A stretch of DNA of 64,000 nucleotides from NCBI GenBank assembly GCA_951406725.2, contig OX597833.1, forward strand, positions 21,514,001-21,578,000, written 5' to 3'. Of this stretch, positions 1 through 13,371 are shown one piece after another. The notes beneath the pieces were generated by a model. It searched no databases. It was not told the origin of the DNA and saw only the letters and a program-made list of their open reading frames with translations. The stretch is from Octopus vulgaris. Lineage: Eukaryota. Positions within the stretch are counted from its first letter, which is position 1; the number at the start of each line of letters is the position of its first letter. The translations under genes and the position numbers were made by a program.

Positions 1-672
1 ACACACAAACAAATACACACACACGTATATATATATGGCTATTTGTGACATCTATGGCTGAAAATTCACTGTTACTCTATATTTGGTTCACAGTGAAATT
101 CAGCTGGTATGTAGCGACGGGGCACCTGTCACTGATAACGCAGGGTACACTGAAACTACGTGATCTGGAAGTTCTGGCACCCGTACCAAACGGTTCTCGT
201 CTCTTAACGGTATAAGTGTGCTCTTAGCACCGTGCATCTGTTTTAGATGTGCTCTGCGAGCGAAGACCGCGGCCGTCAGCGTTGTAATAATGCATCCACA
301 TCGAGAAGGATATTAAAATGATCCCATATGTGTGTACGCGCACGCGTTCATGCGTTCATGCGTGCGTGCATGCGTACAAATATCACAAGATCAGACTGTT
401 AGGTGCTGTTATACCTCTTTGGTCACAAGGCGCTTTGCTTTGTTTTGGCTTTCGAATGATGCCATCCCGCTGGCAAGGCGAGCAGGCCACAATATATATA
501 TATATACAAATATATATGTTTAACTGTACCTATTTATGTACATGTAAAGGTGTATATACTATGCTTATGTATATATATATATCTGTATGAATGTATGGAT
601 ATATATTTATATATATTAAATTGTACATGTATCCTATTTCATGTATATATTTATATTTTGAAAGTACTTTAT

Positions 673-800
673 AATCTCTGACGAGGCCTATGGATATATA
701 TGAGTACCCCATTATTAACTGCCTACAACCTAAATATAATTGACAAGTATAGGCACAGAAAATTACTTTTTTCCATAGGCTGAAACAGCTGTAAGTGATT
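673..800 (+). ncRNA. Type I hammerhead-ribozyme-like motif (Penelope-type) with enlarged loop II
   Basis: CTGACGA (678-684); stem II GGCCTATGGA/TCCATAGGCT (685-694/772-781); GAAA (782-785); palindromic stem III ACAGCTGT; GUA triplet. Stem I (AATCT/AGTGATT) is imperfect. Confidence 0.55.
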
Positions 801-1163
801 TTAATGATTCTAACAATTTATATTAATGTTTTTTAATAACTATTTGTATTCTTATCTTAAATATATTGAATTTTATACTGTATATATGTATGTTAGTATG
901 GTTCTAGTTTTGTCAATTAGATAAGAAAACATTCTAATATCCTAAAGCTGATAAACCAACTAATGTGTTTCTCCATTTTCTTATTTGTAATATAAATTAA
1001 TGGTAAAAAATTTCTTTACTTTCACCCATTTAATACAATAAGTGAGTTTATTGCATTGCAATTAAAAACACTTATGTATTAATAATTTAAGTAGTATACC
1101 AACAGTATATTGGATGAGTATTATCCCTTAGTGGGTTGGATTCACAACCCCTAACTTATTTGG

Positions 1164-1206
<43 letters not shown>

Positions 1207-1795
1207 AAGAGCCCGCCTCTTACATAGATATATAAGTGTGAACAATTCTATGCACTACCCTGGATACATATGGTGTTTGTCTGGTATGTTGATTTTTCTT
1301 TCATTTTTATGTCTTGATTATGCTTGCACTGAAGATTAAAAAGTGCATTATGTGCCCTAATTATGAAATCATAGGATTTGCAGCTGAGTCTGTTTTTAAA
1401 AGGTTCGCTTCGAGAGTTGCATTCCCTCGCGTTCGGTAGAATGTGTTTTTTATGGTAGTTTTTTTTACTTTAAGAGTCCCTCCTAGCGTGAGGTATTTAT
1501 GTATAGTAATTCCCTTAATATAAATAATATATTTAAAGGAAATAATTAATAAATTTTCCCTTATGAGGTTTTTCACGCTAACTACTTGATATCCTATTTT
1601 TTTTATCCTATTTTAAAATTATATATATATATAGATAGATAGATAGGCAGATACATACATACATACATACATACATACATACATACATACATACATACAT
1701 ACATACATACATACGTACGTATGTATGTATGTATGTATGTATGTATGTATGTATGTATGTATGTATGTATGTATGTATGTATGTATGTATGTATG

Positions 1796-1842
<47 letters not shown>

Positions 1843-1899
1843 GCTGAAGGTGACCCGCTCTACGCGCGGGTAAGAGTGTGGGTGTTACTTTCTGTTGCT

Positions 1900-2217
1900 T
1901 CCTTTCAGCACGTAAAAGGCACCATCCGAACGTGGCCGATTGCAGCACCGCCTTGACTTGCTTCTGTGCCGGTGGCGCGTAAAAAGCACCAACCGATCGT
2001 TGCCACTGCGAGCCCCCTGGCACCAGTGCCGGCGGCACGAAAAAAGCACTCACTACACTCACAGAGTGGTTGGCGTTAGGAAGATCATCCACCTGTAGAA
2101 ACACTGCCAGATCAGACTGGAGCCTGGTGCAACCTCCTGGCTTCCGAGACCCCGGTCACACTGCCCAAACCGTGCTAGCACGGAAAACGGACGTTAAACG
2201 ATGATGATGATGATGAT
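1900..2217 (+). mobile_element. RTE-related SINE or non-autonomous retroposon 3' part with (GAT)n tail
   Basis: Internal repeats GCACGTAAAAAGCACC, motif GTGGTTGGCGTTAGGAAG, and the end ...GGACGTTAAACGATGATGATGAT. The family assignment is from recall. Confidence 0.5.
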
Positions 2218-3208
2218 TCTCTGTATTTGTTTCTCTCCCTTTCTCTCTCACTTTCCCACTCTCTTACTTTTCTTTTCTCTCGGACTCTCCCTCGCTTTCT
2301 CTTACTCTCTATCTTTATCTATCTCTCTCCCATTTATAAACAACAGAAGATCTTGAGTAAGTTGAGAAATAAAATATTTAGAAAGATCAATCAGAAATAT
2401 GAGGCAGTTGCAATGGAAAGGTCTGCTTCAAGGCAGACAGCAAAACGCTAACATTTAAAAGGGACAGACGAACTTGCGAGCTGAATAAAAATAATAAAAT
2501 ATTGGAAACCAAAGTTTGAAGGGATAGAATCTGAGGATAGTAGAGTCATTATGGCTGGCATTTGTTAACGACGGACAGCAACGTAGTGACAGTTTAACGG
2601 CTGGCGTAAAATTTTGAACTTGATGTAAAAGAAAATTCGTAAACACCAAGTTTTGAAGTGATTCTTTCTCACGACAGTAGACTCACCATGGCAAGCATTC
2701 AAAACTTCTTTATCATGGACGGCAACACATTGACGATTAAAAGGCTGGCGCAAATTTTTTAGCTTGATGTAACAGAGAATTCCTAAACACCCACTCCTAG
2801 AAATTTTAATCCCCTTCCAGCCCCATTTAGACCCCTTTTCACATTTTGGTTAATATAACCCGATTTCATTCGGGTCTACTGGGGCCACATTTTATAAGAT
2901 GAGGAATTTTGTCCTAGAGGTGACGCCTTTCATTTGAGGAACAAAATAGTTGTCATGCAAACTTGTCAGCACCTTTAACATAGGTGTGCATATTTTCAGC
3001 TGAATCGACCGACTACGTAATGCACACATTATATATATATGTGTGTATATATATATATGTGTGTGTGTGTGCACGCATTATATATACAAATGTATACAAA
3101 TGAGATATATATCTGTATAAATTAAATTAGAGATAAAACCACTAATAGGCAAATCAAACAGTGAAAAAACAAAAACATAAAAAAAGAAAATATAACATAG
3201 AAAATATA

Positions 3209-3998
3209 TCTATATATATAAAACTGTTGTTGTGTGAGTGTCTGTCCCCTTCGATTTAGATTCCTAACTACTCGCACATTTTGCGGTGCAGTTTAACCAA
3301 ATTCGGGTATCTTATAGTCGTGATTCATATCGAGCCCGTCTGGCTATTAGCGCGCGTCTACGATGAGTCGACGATTTTTAAATTAATTTAACATAATTTT
3401 TTATTCCATTTTTAATGCATTTTTTTGCTATAACTCTCTAAAAATGCTTATATAGTTATTTCCCTTACAAACCCGAGCAACGCCGGGCGATACTGCTAGT
3501 CTTTATATATAAAAGTAAGGTTGTGTGTCTGTCTCCTACGATTTAGATTCCTAACCACTCCCACATTTTGCGGTGCAGTGTAACCAAAACCGGGTATCTT
3601 ATAGTCGTGATTCATATCGAGCCCTTCTGGGTATTAGCGCGCGTCTACGATGAGTCTACGATTTAAAAAAAATTTACCATAATTTTTATTCCATTTTAAT
3701 GCATTTTTTGCTATTATATAAGGGAAGTAACTCTCTAAAAATGTCTACGATGAGTCAACGATTAAAAAAAAAATTACCATAATTTTTTATTCCATTTTAA
3801 TGCATTTTTCGCTATTATATAAGGGAAGTAACTCTCTTAAAATGTCTACGATGAGTCAACGATTTAAAAAAAAATTACTATCATTTTTTATTCCATTTTT
3901 AATGCATTTTTTGCTATTTTTTTTTGCTATAACTCACTAAAAATGCTTATATAGTTATTTCCCTTACAAACCCGAGCAACGCCGGGCGATACTGCTAG
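3209..3998 (+). mobile_element. Non-autonomous Helitron, head-to-tail dimer (3209-3499 and 3500-3998)
   Basis: Each unit starts TC(TATA...) and ends with the hairpin CCCGAGCAACGCCGGG plus CTAG. The whole array sits between A3208 and T3999 with no TSD. Unit 2 has about 3 internal ~100-bp repeats. Confidence 0.8.
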
Positions 3999-4142
3999 TA
4001 AAATATAAAATTGAAAACTTTAAATTATTTAAATTGAAAATAAAAATTATTAAATTATATTTATAATTTGTTTAAAAATATATATAACTATGAAAAAGTA
4101 TGAAAAAGTTTAATATACATAAATACAGATATATACACTTTG

Positions 4143-4380
4143 TATATATACATTATATATACATATTTATATATAGAACACACACACACACACATACATT
4201 ATATATACATATTTATATATAGAACACACACACACATACATTATATATACATATTTATATATAGAACACACACACACACACATACATTATATATACATAT
4301 TTATATATAGAACACACACACACACGCACATACATTATATATACATATTTATATATAGAACACACACACACACACACGCA
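4143..4380. repeat. ~40-bp minisatellite, about 5 copies
   Basis: Repeated ATACATTATATATACATATTTATATATAGAACACACAC units. Confidence 0.85.
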
Positions 4381-5739
4381 AGAATATCTGATTCATAATA
4401 TTTGTTCTCATGCTCGTGTGTTGTTTGTTGGTGACAGACATATACTTAAAAGAACGCCGCCGAAGTGATAGGAAGGTAGGAAACAGAGTCAGTGAAAAAG
4501 AAAGGAAATAGCGATAGTGACAGATACTTTAGATAACCGTAGTGGACTTCTGAAAGTTATGAAGAGGAGTAAGAGAGGGAAAGGAGGAAATAGGGTGAGT
4601 GAGGAAGATGGCCCCTAGCAACCACACCTTTTAAGATAGGGATTTGTAAGGTAGCCCACGCGCATCGTCACCTCATTCTACATGTCCCTGTAAATTTTGG
4701 AGCGAATCGGACGGGATGTAGTGGCATTGAAAGCGATCCAAGCGGTAAAAACGCAATTCAGTTTTATATAGAGAGATAGAGATATATATATATGTATAGA
4801 TATCTATATCTATATGTGTGTGCGCGCGCGCTTTATAGTGTGCTTTCCCTATGTCTCGTTTCTGTAGATTCGTAATTATGCCTTCAGCAAAAAATATGAG
4901 AAATATTATTTTCTAGTCAAAATATAAAAATTTGTAAAGCTACCTGAAATGGAGACCTGGAAGTTAAGGAACTGTTCGCACAAGCTTTCTCAGGGCCTTG
5001 TATGTGTGTGTAGCCTACTCATTTCTTCTTCAAATTTCAGCTCGCTTCTTGAATATAATTCTCTGGCATTTATACGCATGTGTAGGCTACATGCAGTTTG
5101 TTGTACCAATATTTCGCCTTCGGAGAGCAACTTCCTCTATCCGACCATGGTTGTCCATAACACACTCGATTCATTGCAGTAAGGGGACCTTGTGACACCA
5201 CCTTGTTTCGGCATGGTTTCGTCTCTTCAGTCGCAACTACTCTTGATTCAAAGAGAACGCGTGGATCTTGTTTATAGAATTGAGCGTGCAAAATATTACG
5301 TCCCCCGTAACTTAGCGGTTCGGCAAAAGAGACCGATAGAATAAGTACTAGGCTTACAAATAATAAGTCCTGGGGTCGATTTGCTCGACTAATAGCGGAG
5401 CTCCAGCATGGCCACAGTCAAATGACTGAAACAAGTAAAAGAGTAAAAGAGATATATATACATACATACGTACGTACATACCACGTGACCGACCAGATTA
5501 TCAGATGTTGTTACACATCGCTACTCATAAATCTCTTTTGTATTATTTTAGCCTTCTAATGACGCCACCCCGCCGGCAAGGTGAGCAGGCCAACATTTCC
5601 TCCCCACCCCCACCCGATCAAGAGGGGGAGTGGAGCAACGTGAAATGAAGTGTTTTGCTCAAGAACACAAGACGCTGCCCGGTCTGGGAATCGAACCCAC
5701 GATCTGTGAGTAAAATAGCCTAATCACTAGGCCACGGGC

Positions 5740-5794
5740 CTTCATATATGTACATGTGTATACATGTACTACATACATACGTACATGTATACAT

Positions 5795-5825
<31 letters not shown>

Positions 5826-6045
5826 ATGTGTGTGTGTGCACCCGCTTATACATAGATACATATATATGCATATATATGTATGTGTATATATATATATATA
5901 TAAATATATATATATACATGTATATATATATATATATACATGCATATATATATATGTATATATACATGTATATATGTGTATATATATATACACATGTATA
6001 TATTTGTATATACATGTATATATATATATATTATATATATATACA

Positions 6046-6077
<32 letters not shown>

Positions 6078-6107
6078 CATGTATATATATATATACGTGT
6101 ATATATA

Positions 6108-6154
<47 letters not shown>

Positions 6155-6326
6155 ATATATATATATACATACATATATATATATACATATATACATATAT
6201 ATGTATGTATGTATATAGGTATGTATGTGTAGGCGCACGCGCGCACTCACACTCACACACACACACACACACACACATACACACATACACACACACATGC
6301 ACGTACACATACACACACACACACGC
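5740..6326. repeat. Degenerate (TA)n/(CA)n microsatellite
   Basis: Seen directly in the sequence. Confidence 0.9.
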
Positions 6327-6849
6327 ATCTTTTGTCTGTCTGTTTCTCTCTTTCTCTTTTTCACTTTCTTCCTGGCAGCCGATCAGCCGAGAAATTTACT
6401 CTCGGCTGATCGGCTGCCAGCTACACTTTTCCCGCTGTCAACGCCGCTGTCTTAGTCGCCAGGACTTGTTCAACATTCTCCATTGTTCCGATACGGCGCT
6501 TTTCGCTAGCAAAAATGCCAAGAAGCCTAGAAACCACTGGCCCGTAGGTCATGGATTGTTTGACGTCACGTTTCAACTTGACACCCGATTATCAAACGAA
6601 ACTTGCAGAAACATCAATTGTATTGCTTGGACAACCGAATACAGCAATCGGTACGTAATATATTATTGACTTTAGTTGTCTTTTCACTGGGTTCTGATGC
6701 AGTGGGATGGACGTTTCTTTTCATCCCTCTGGAGTCGATAAAGTAATTAGCAGGAATATAATGGAACCTCTATTCAATTGTCTGTAACATACACATACAT
6801 ATATACACACACATACACGCACGCACGCATGCACGAAACATATACGTGC

Positions 6850-6885
<36 letters not shown>

Positions 6886-6992
6886 TTACAGCCATACAGA
6901 CGCATAAAAGAATTCGGTTTTGTGCCTCGTCAAAGGAAAATCATTAATAGCATTACAGTATCAATAATTATTCTTCTCGTTTCAATGTCTCA

Positions 6993-7118
<126 letters not shown>

Positions 7119-7677
7119 AATGCCCTGATGCAGTACCAGACGGTGGCTCTCATGGTTTCTGATCTTAGCTCATTGGAAGTATTATTATGTACATTGTTTT
7201 GTCTTGGTATAAAAGATGGGCTACAGCAAATATTCTGCTCAATACCACAGATTTACTTGTCAGTTGTTTGACCATAAACAGTTGAGCATGTCCCTTAGTG
7301 GCTGACAATATATGCATCTCTGATCATGAGCAGAAGTAGTGGGGGAGCATCATAGCGTTGTGCTGAGAGGAATTCTTTGAGTTTAGATAATTCACCTTTG
7401 GAAACATGGGTGTGTAGTTTAGCATCCTTGAACAATCCTTATTCAGGGGCCTTTTGAGCGGGATGGGCTACTCAATCTGAAGAAAATTTTAACTGAGCCC
7501 CCACCTCTAAAGTCATGCGCTGTTTATCTTGATGTGAGATCATCTTGTCACGCACATATGGTTGTGATGCATGTGCCTGTTGTACCCTTATCACACGGGT
7601 AGTCATGATGGGTATACTGGGCTTCGTATATTTTACCCCAGTGTCACTTTGATGGCATGCACTGCTCTCTCACTCAA
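7119..7677 (+). mobile_element. Non-autonomous repeat embedded in (TAA)n
   Basis: Flanked by (TAA)n on both sides. Its 3' ~350 bp recur at 23500-23848 with the same end ...CTCTCTCACTC-AATAAT. Confidence 0.65.
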
Positions 7678-7723
7678 TAATAATAATAATAATGATAATA
7701 ATAATAATAATGATAATAATAAT

Positions 7724-7756
<33 letters not shown>

Positions 7757-8145
7757 AATAATGGTCTCAAATTTGGGTAAAGGGTCAGACGTTTTTGAGG
7801 AGAGGCAGAATTCGATTACGTCAGCCCCAGGATGTTTCTGAAAATAAGTTGGTTAAGAAAAGAAGAGGAAAAAAATAAGAAAGACTGGAATCAGAGCTAT
7901 TCCTCACGCCATTCCATTTTATTTTTGTTTTAATTATAATCCAGGCCTACGGGAAATCGCTCCCATGTGTCACTTATTAATTGTCGCCCTCGAGTATTTT
8001 GCTGGAAGTCATGTTGTCACCCCTAACGTCATCAAAGATTTCGATTGTGCCTTGTATCAGGAACCTGCATAAGAACTTTCCTGCCTATGTACGCCATGTA
8101 CTCTATCCTTTTTTTTTATGTCATGGTTTGTAAGATTCTTGAGTA

Positions 8146-8673
8146 TGTAGTGACGCTACTGTGTAAATTTCGGCGCACATGCGCAGAATTGGATTACTTC
8201 CGGTTGGCCACCGGAAGTTTCCTCATGCGCATGCGCAGGAACTGCAACCTCAAAGCGTAACCACTAAATTGGTCTTTTCTGGCAGAGCAGCGCTAGCGAT
8301 CGGACGTGGCTCGACTTCTCTCAGGGAACAACCCTACGCACAGAGAAGCTCTCACTTCGAAGCGGGAACGAACACGTGGCTCGACTTCTCTCAGGGAACA
8401 ACCCTACGCACAGAGAAGCTCTCACTTCGAAGCGGGAACGAACACCGTATCTTCTTGACTCACACGGGTGAACATTGTAAACAGTCCTGTGAACTCGGCT
8501 GCCGGTTTCCCCACAAGAAATACATATGTATATGTTTTACCTGTGAACCGCAGAATAAACTACTATTCGTTGTTATTGAAGACAGCCTGACTTTGGTTCC
8601 GTTTCTTCAACTTGTATGTGACAAGATCAGACCAGACACCCATCCAGTGTTCCTGAACTCTCATCCTGTTACA
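8146..8673 (+). mobile_element. Solo LTR (Ty3/gypsy-like)
   Basis: TGTA...TACA termini, 4-bp TSD AGTA (8142-8145 and 8674-8677), AATAAA near 8554, and an internal 70-bp tandem duplication (8304-8373/8374-8443). Confidence 0.7.
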
Positions 8674-9083
8674 AGTATATAAAAAGAGCTTTGTTCAATT
8701 TATATGCTTTAAACTCTGGTTTGCCACCCAAGTTCAGTAATGTCGGTCAAATTGTTTCCTTCTCTATATTTAAAAGATGTACATCCATCTCTTGCATGAG
8801 AGTAGGACTTGGTATCGTTGTATTATGCAGCATGGTTTAACTAGTTTCCAACAGATATAGAGAACCTCCTTCTGGATGTTTCTAACCTTGATCCAGTTAA
8901 ACATCGAGGATATGACGGCTGGGGAGAGAGATAGGGGGGAAGAGAGAAAGGAGAGAGAGAGAGAGGAGAGAGAGATGGTGTGGGGGGAAGGTTGCACCAG
9001 CAACGGTGAGGAATGAAGTGGCCGCTTCTGCTTTGCACATGGGCAAAAGCAAGGCTTCGTCCAGGAGTGAAATTTATGGAAGA

Positions 9084-9425
9084 GAGAAGAAGAAGAAGAA
9101 GAAGAAGAAGAAGAAGAAGAAGAAGAAGAAGGAGAAGAAGAAGAAGAAGAAGAAGAAGAAGAAGAAGATGGAGGAGGGGTGAGGAGGAGGAGAGGGAGAG
9201 GGTAGGATGAGGAGGAGAGATAGAGAGGGTAGGGTGAGGAGGAGGAGAGTGAGGTGAGGAGGAGAAGAGTGAGGTGAGGAGGGGGAGAGTGAGGTGAGGA
9301 GGAGGAGGAGGAGGAGGAGGAGGGCGACGACGACGAGAAGGAGGAGATGATGGAGAAAAAGAAGAAGAAGAAGAAGAACAACAACAACAACAACAACAAC
9401 CACAACAACAACAAGGACGACGATG
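9084..9425. repeat. Compound (GAA)n/(GAG)n/(CAA)n purine-rich tract
   Basis: Seen directly in the sequence. Confidence 0.9.
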
Positions 9426-9747
9426 AGAGAAGTGGAAAAGAAGAAGAATTAGAATATTTATCTAAAGTAAAAACCGAAACTATTTTTACGTAGATATGAA
9501 TGTCATTGAGTGAAAAGAATGGAAGAAAAAATACATAAATTGATAAAAACATGAAATATAAATGCTTCTTTTTTCGGGCTTATCACCAGTCTAGAGTGTC
9601 GCCATTGCTGCTGCTGCTGCTGTTGTTGTTGTTGTTGTTGTTGTTGTTTCTTAATCATGTGACAGTACATTCCATCACTCGCATTTATAAGGCTTTTACA
9701 AACAACATCGTGCCAATATATATTTACACATGTACGCACAAACAAAT

Positions 9748-9963
<216 letters not shown>

Positions 9964-10341
9964 AAACACATATCTGTATGCATCTGTATATATACATATA
10001 TACAAAATACACACATGCGTATTTACATAACATTCGTGCATAATACGTATGCGAACAGGTTAACTATACATAATGCATAGACATATACTTACACCTTTTA
10101 TATATATATATATATATACTTACAGCATTTATATATATATATATATATATATAACATACATATATACATCCAACATACATGCATACATACATATATACAA
10201 ATATAAATATATATGCTTACATATATACATACTTAGAAACAGTGTTAAAAATATGCAAGATTGCCTCAAGATTAAAATGTGACATTATTAGAAACCAACT
10301 TCCTCAGAGAAAGAATTTTAAAAATCAAAAGCTGAAGAGAG

Positions 10342-10347
10342 CATACA

Positions 10348-10380
<33 letters not shown>

Positions 10381-10421
10381 GCATTCATACATACATACAT
10401 AAATTACATACATACATACAT

Positions 10422-10471
<50 letters not shown>

Positions 10472-11095
10472 GTACAGACACACAGACACACAGACAGACA
10501 GACTGACAGAAATACATACATACATGCATCAGTCATACATGCATACATACATACATACATACATACATTCGTACATACATATACATACATACACACACGC
10601 ATGCATACATACATACATACATACATATATACATATATACATACATACGTGCATGCATTCATTCATTTATTCATACATACACACACATTCATATATACAT
10701 ACATACATGCATTCAGTCATACATACATTTATTCATACATATATTCACACACACACACATACATACATACATACACACATACACACACATACATACATAC
10801 ATACATACATACGTACATACATACATACATACATACACACTCACACACGCACACATACATACATACACACATATATACATACATACACATACATACATAC
10901 ATACACACATACATACATACATACATACATACATACGTACATGCATACATACATACATACATACATACACACACACATACATACATAAATAAAAAAATAC
11001 ATACATACATACATACATACGTACATGCATACATACATACATACATACATACATACATACATACATACATACATACATACATACATACATACATA
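10342..11095. repeat. (TACA)n/(GACA)n microsatellite complex
   Basis: Seen directly in the sequence. Confidence 0.9.
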
Positions 11096-12104
11096 CTGAA
11101 CCAAATAAACTGTGAAGCCATTGATACCAAGATGCAATCGAAAATGTCGATTACGTCACATTTCTGTAAAAGGTATTACGTGCGTTATCAACAGCTTTTC
11201 CGCAATCTCACTTAGGCACAACCTTGGAAGCTGGATGCTGATACGAAAATAGTCTACAATGCCTTCCGTACAAAAGACAGTTCTGGGATATTCTAGTTTT
11301 CTTTGTTTTTGTTTTGCTCTCCTTTTACTTCTTTTTTCAGTTATTTGACTGCGACCATGCTGGAGCACCACCTTAAAATGTTTTTTTTTAGTCGAGCAAA
11401 TCGACCCCAGGACTTATTCTTTGTCAGCCTAGTACTTATTCTATCGGTCTCTTTTGCTGAACCGCTAGGTCATGGGGACGTAAACACACCAGCAAAGACC
11501 AGTGCAACAATCTTCACTCTTACAACTAAGGGTGGAACAAACGTCTTTGATTTTATAAAAAATTCAATGAGAATACTCCAAGAAGGTACTTTTCATGGAC
11601 TTTTGTTTATTTTGACATTAAATCTTCTATCATTTCTTCTACTAAGATCCAGCAGCTTCTTGCTCGTGTCTGCAACTGCTAGAAATATCAATGTAAGCAC
11701 CAAAGTCGACCTCAACAGAAATTGAACTCAGAACGTAAAGATGGCCAAAATGGTGGCTAACATTTTGCCCGGCGTACAAACGATTTTCCTGCTCGCCGCC
11801 TTAAAGATGACAGTAATATTGATATCTTGACTTCGTGGCCCGCTACATCGTATCATACTTTGAAAACATTTGCAATCCAAGAGTAGGAGATTGCTACCAA
11901 ATACCTAATTAACATAGAGACACAGTGAAACCTCTGGGGCCCCAAGATGCCAACGAAAATGTAGATTATGTCACGTTTCTGTGAAAGATATTACAAAAAC
12001 GTCATTATAAAAAGTGTAATCAAGGTACTACCTTCTTCCCATGCTGCACGACGTTGCTTCTAAAACAATATGGAGTACCGTTCGGGAGAAAAAAAAATCC
12101 TTCT

Positions 12105-12497
12105 CTCTCTCTTTTACTCTTTTACTTGTTTCAGTCATTTGACTGCGGCCATGCTGGAGCACCGCCTTTAGTCGAGCAAATCGACCCCAGGACTTATTCT
12201 TTGAAAACCTAATACTTATTCTATCGGTCTCTTTTGCCAAACCGCTAAGTTACGGGGACGCAAACACACCAGCATCGGTTGTCAAGCGATGTTGGGAGGA
12301 CAACACACACACACACACATATATATATACATATATACGACGGGCTTCTTTCGGTTTCCGTCTACCAAATCCACTCACAAGGCTTTGGTCGGCTCAAGGC
12401 CATAGTAGAAGACACTTGCCCAACGTACCATGTAGTGGGACTGAACCCGGAACCATGTGGTTGGTAAGCAAACTACTTACCACACAGCCACTCCTGT
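12105..12497 (-). mobile_element. tRNA-derived SINE family B (CORE-like), full-length copy
   Basis: On the minus strand the head is CAGGAGTGGCTGTGTGGTAAG...GGTTCAGTCCC, followed by CORE-like TTGGGCAAGTGTCTTCTACTAT, an internal microsatellite and the tail (GTAAAAGA)n. Partial copies occur at about 5297, 11322, 16160, 18845, 34415, 42505 and 52655. Confidence 0.85.
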
Positions 12498-12805
12498 CCT
12501 GGAAAAAAATACAGAGAAACTCGCTGTTACATACACAAACATCAACACAAGTAACATTGAAGGAACATTCTCATCAAAACTTCGGTCAAATGTAAACATA
12601 ACAGACTGGATATCGTTATTTGAAGCTGACAAGCAAAAGTATGTACCCTCATAGAGGTCAGATGCCCTACTGATGTGAATATCCCTTCAAAAGTCAAAGA
12701 CTCCGACTTCTATCACCCAAATTGTAAATTCACGTTTGTTCCAATAATTGGTGCACCTGAGGGGGGTTTTCTTTCTTTTTCTTTTCTTTGGTAAATACCT
12801 ACATG

Positions 12806-13116
12806 GTAGAGGCGCAATGGCCCAGTGGTTAGGGCAGCGGACTCGCGTTCGGAGGATCGCAGTTTCGATTCCCAGACCGGGCGTTGTGTGTGTTTATTGA
12901 GCGAAAACACCTAAAGCTCCACGAGGCTCCGGCAGGGAGGGGTTGGCGACCCCTGTTGTACTCTTTCGCCTCAACTTTCTCTCACTCTCTCTTCCTGTTT
13001 CTTGAGTAATGCTGCGATGGACTGGCGTCCCTTTCCAGCTGAGGGGAACACATACGCCACAGAAACCTGGAAACCGGGCCCATGACCCTGGCTAGGCTTG
13101 AAAAAGGCGCATAAAA
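12806..13116 (+). mobile_element. tRNA(Arg)-like-head SINE family C, body type 1
   Basis: Head GAGGCGCAATGGCCCAGTGGTTAGGGCAGCGGACTCGCG...TTCGATTCCC. 13-bp TSD AAATACCTA(C/A)ATG at 12793-12805 and 13117-13129. Confidence 0.8.
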
Positions 13117-13337
13117 AAATACCTAAATGACAATGTGGGTAAGTTAGGATTTTCAGAAAAAGAAATCAACAAAAACTCTTCTTGTGAATTTGGTCTTGCT
13201 ATCTGTATTTCATTGTATGCTTGTTAGACCTTTGTGTGTCTGTTAGAAACTAGTTCCTTCCTTACATGAAGATTCTGAATAATTAAAAATAGAAGAGAAC
13301 ATCTATACACACGCACAAACATACATACATACATACA

Positions 13338-13371
<34 letters not shown>

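Noticed and set aside
3640-3950. Regularly spaced repeats resembling a CRISPR array
   Set aside because: The intervening sequences are repeated too. These are internal Helitron tandem repeats in eukaryotic DNA, with no cas genes.
5659-6669. Long YI/HT/CV-rich ORFs (also about 9500-11200, 17600, 28585-29538, 37400, 40069, 45100, 47900)
   Set aside because: They are translations of stop-free dinucleotide and tetranucleotide microsatellites.
8179-8682. 167-aa ORF with an internal repeat
   Set aside because: It lies within the solo LTR, and the repeat is the 70-bp duplication.
11100-13180. Scattered LINE-like coding scraps (repeated at about 11105/11925 and 12520/15190; VPIIGA motif near 12740)
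   Set aside because: They are too fragmentary to delimit or classify reliably.
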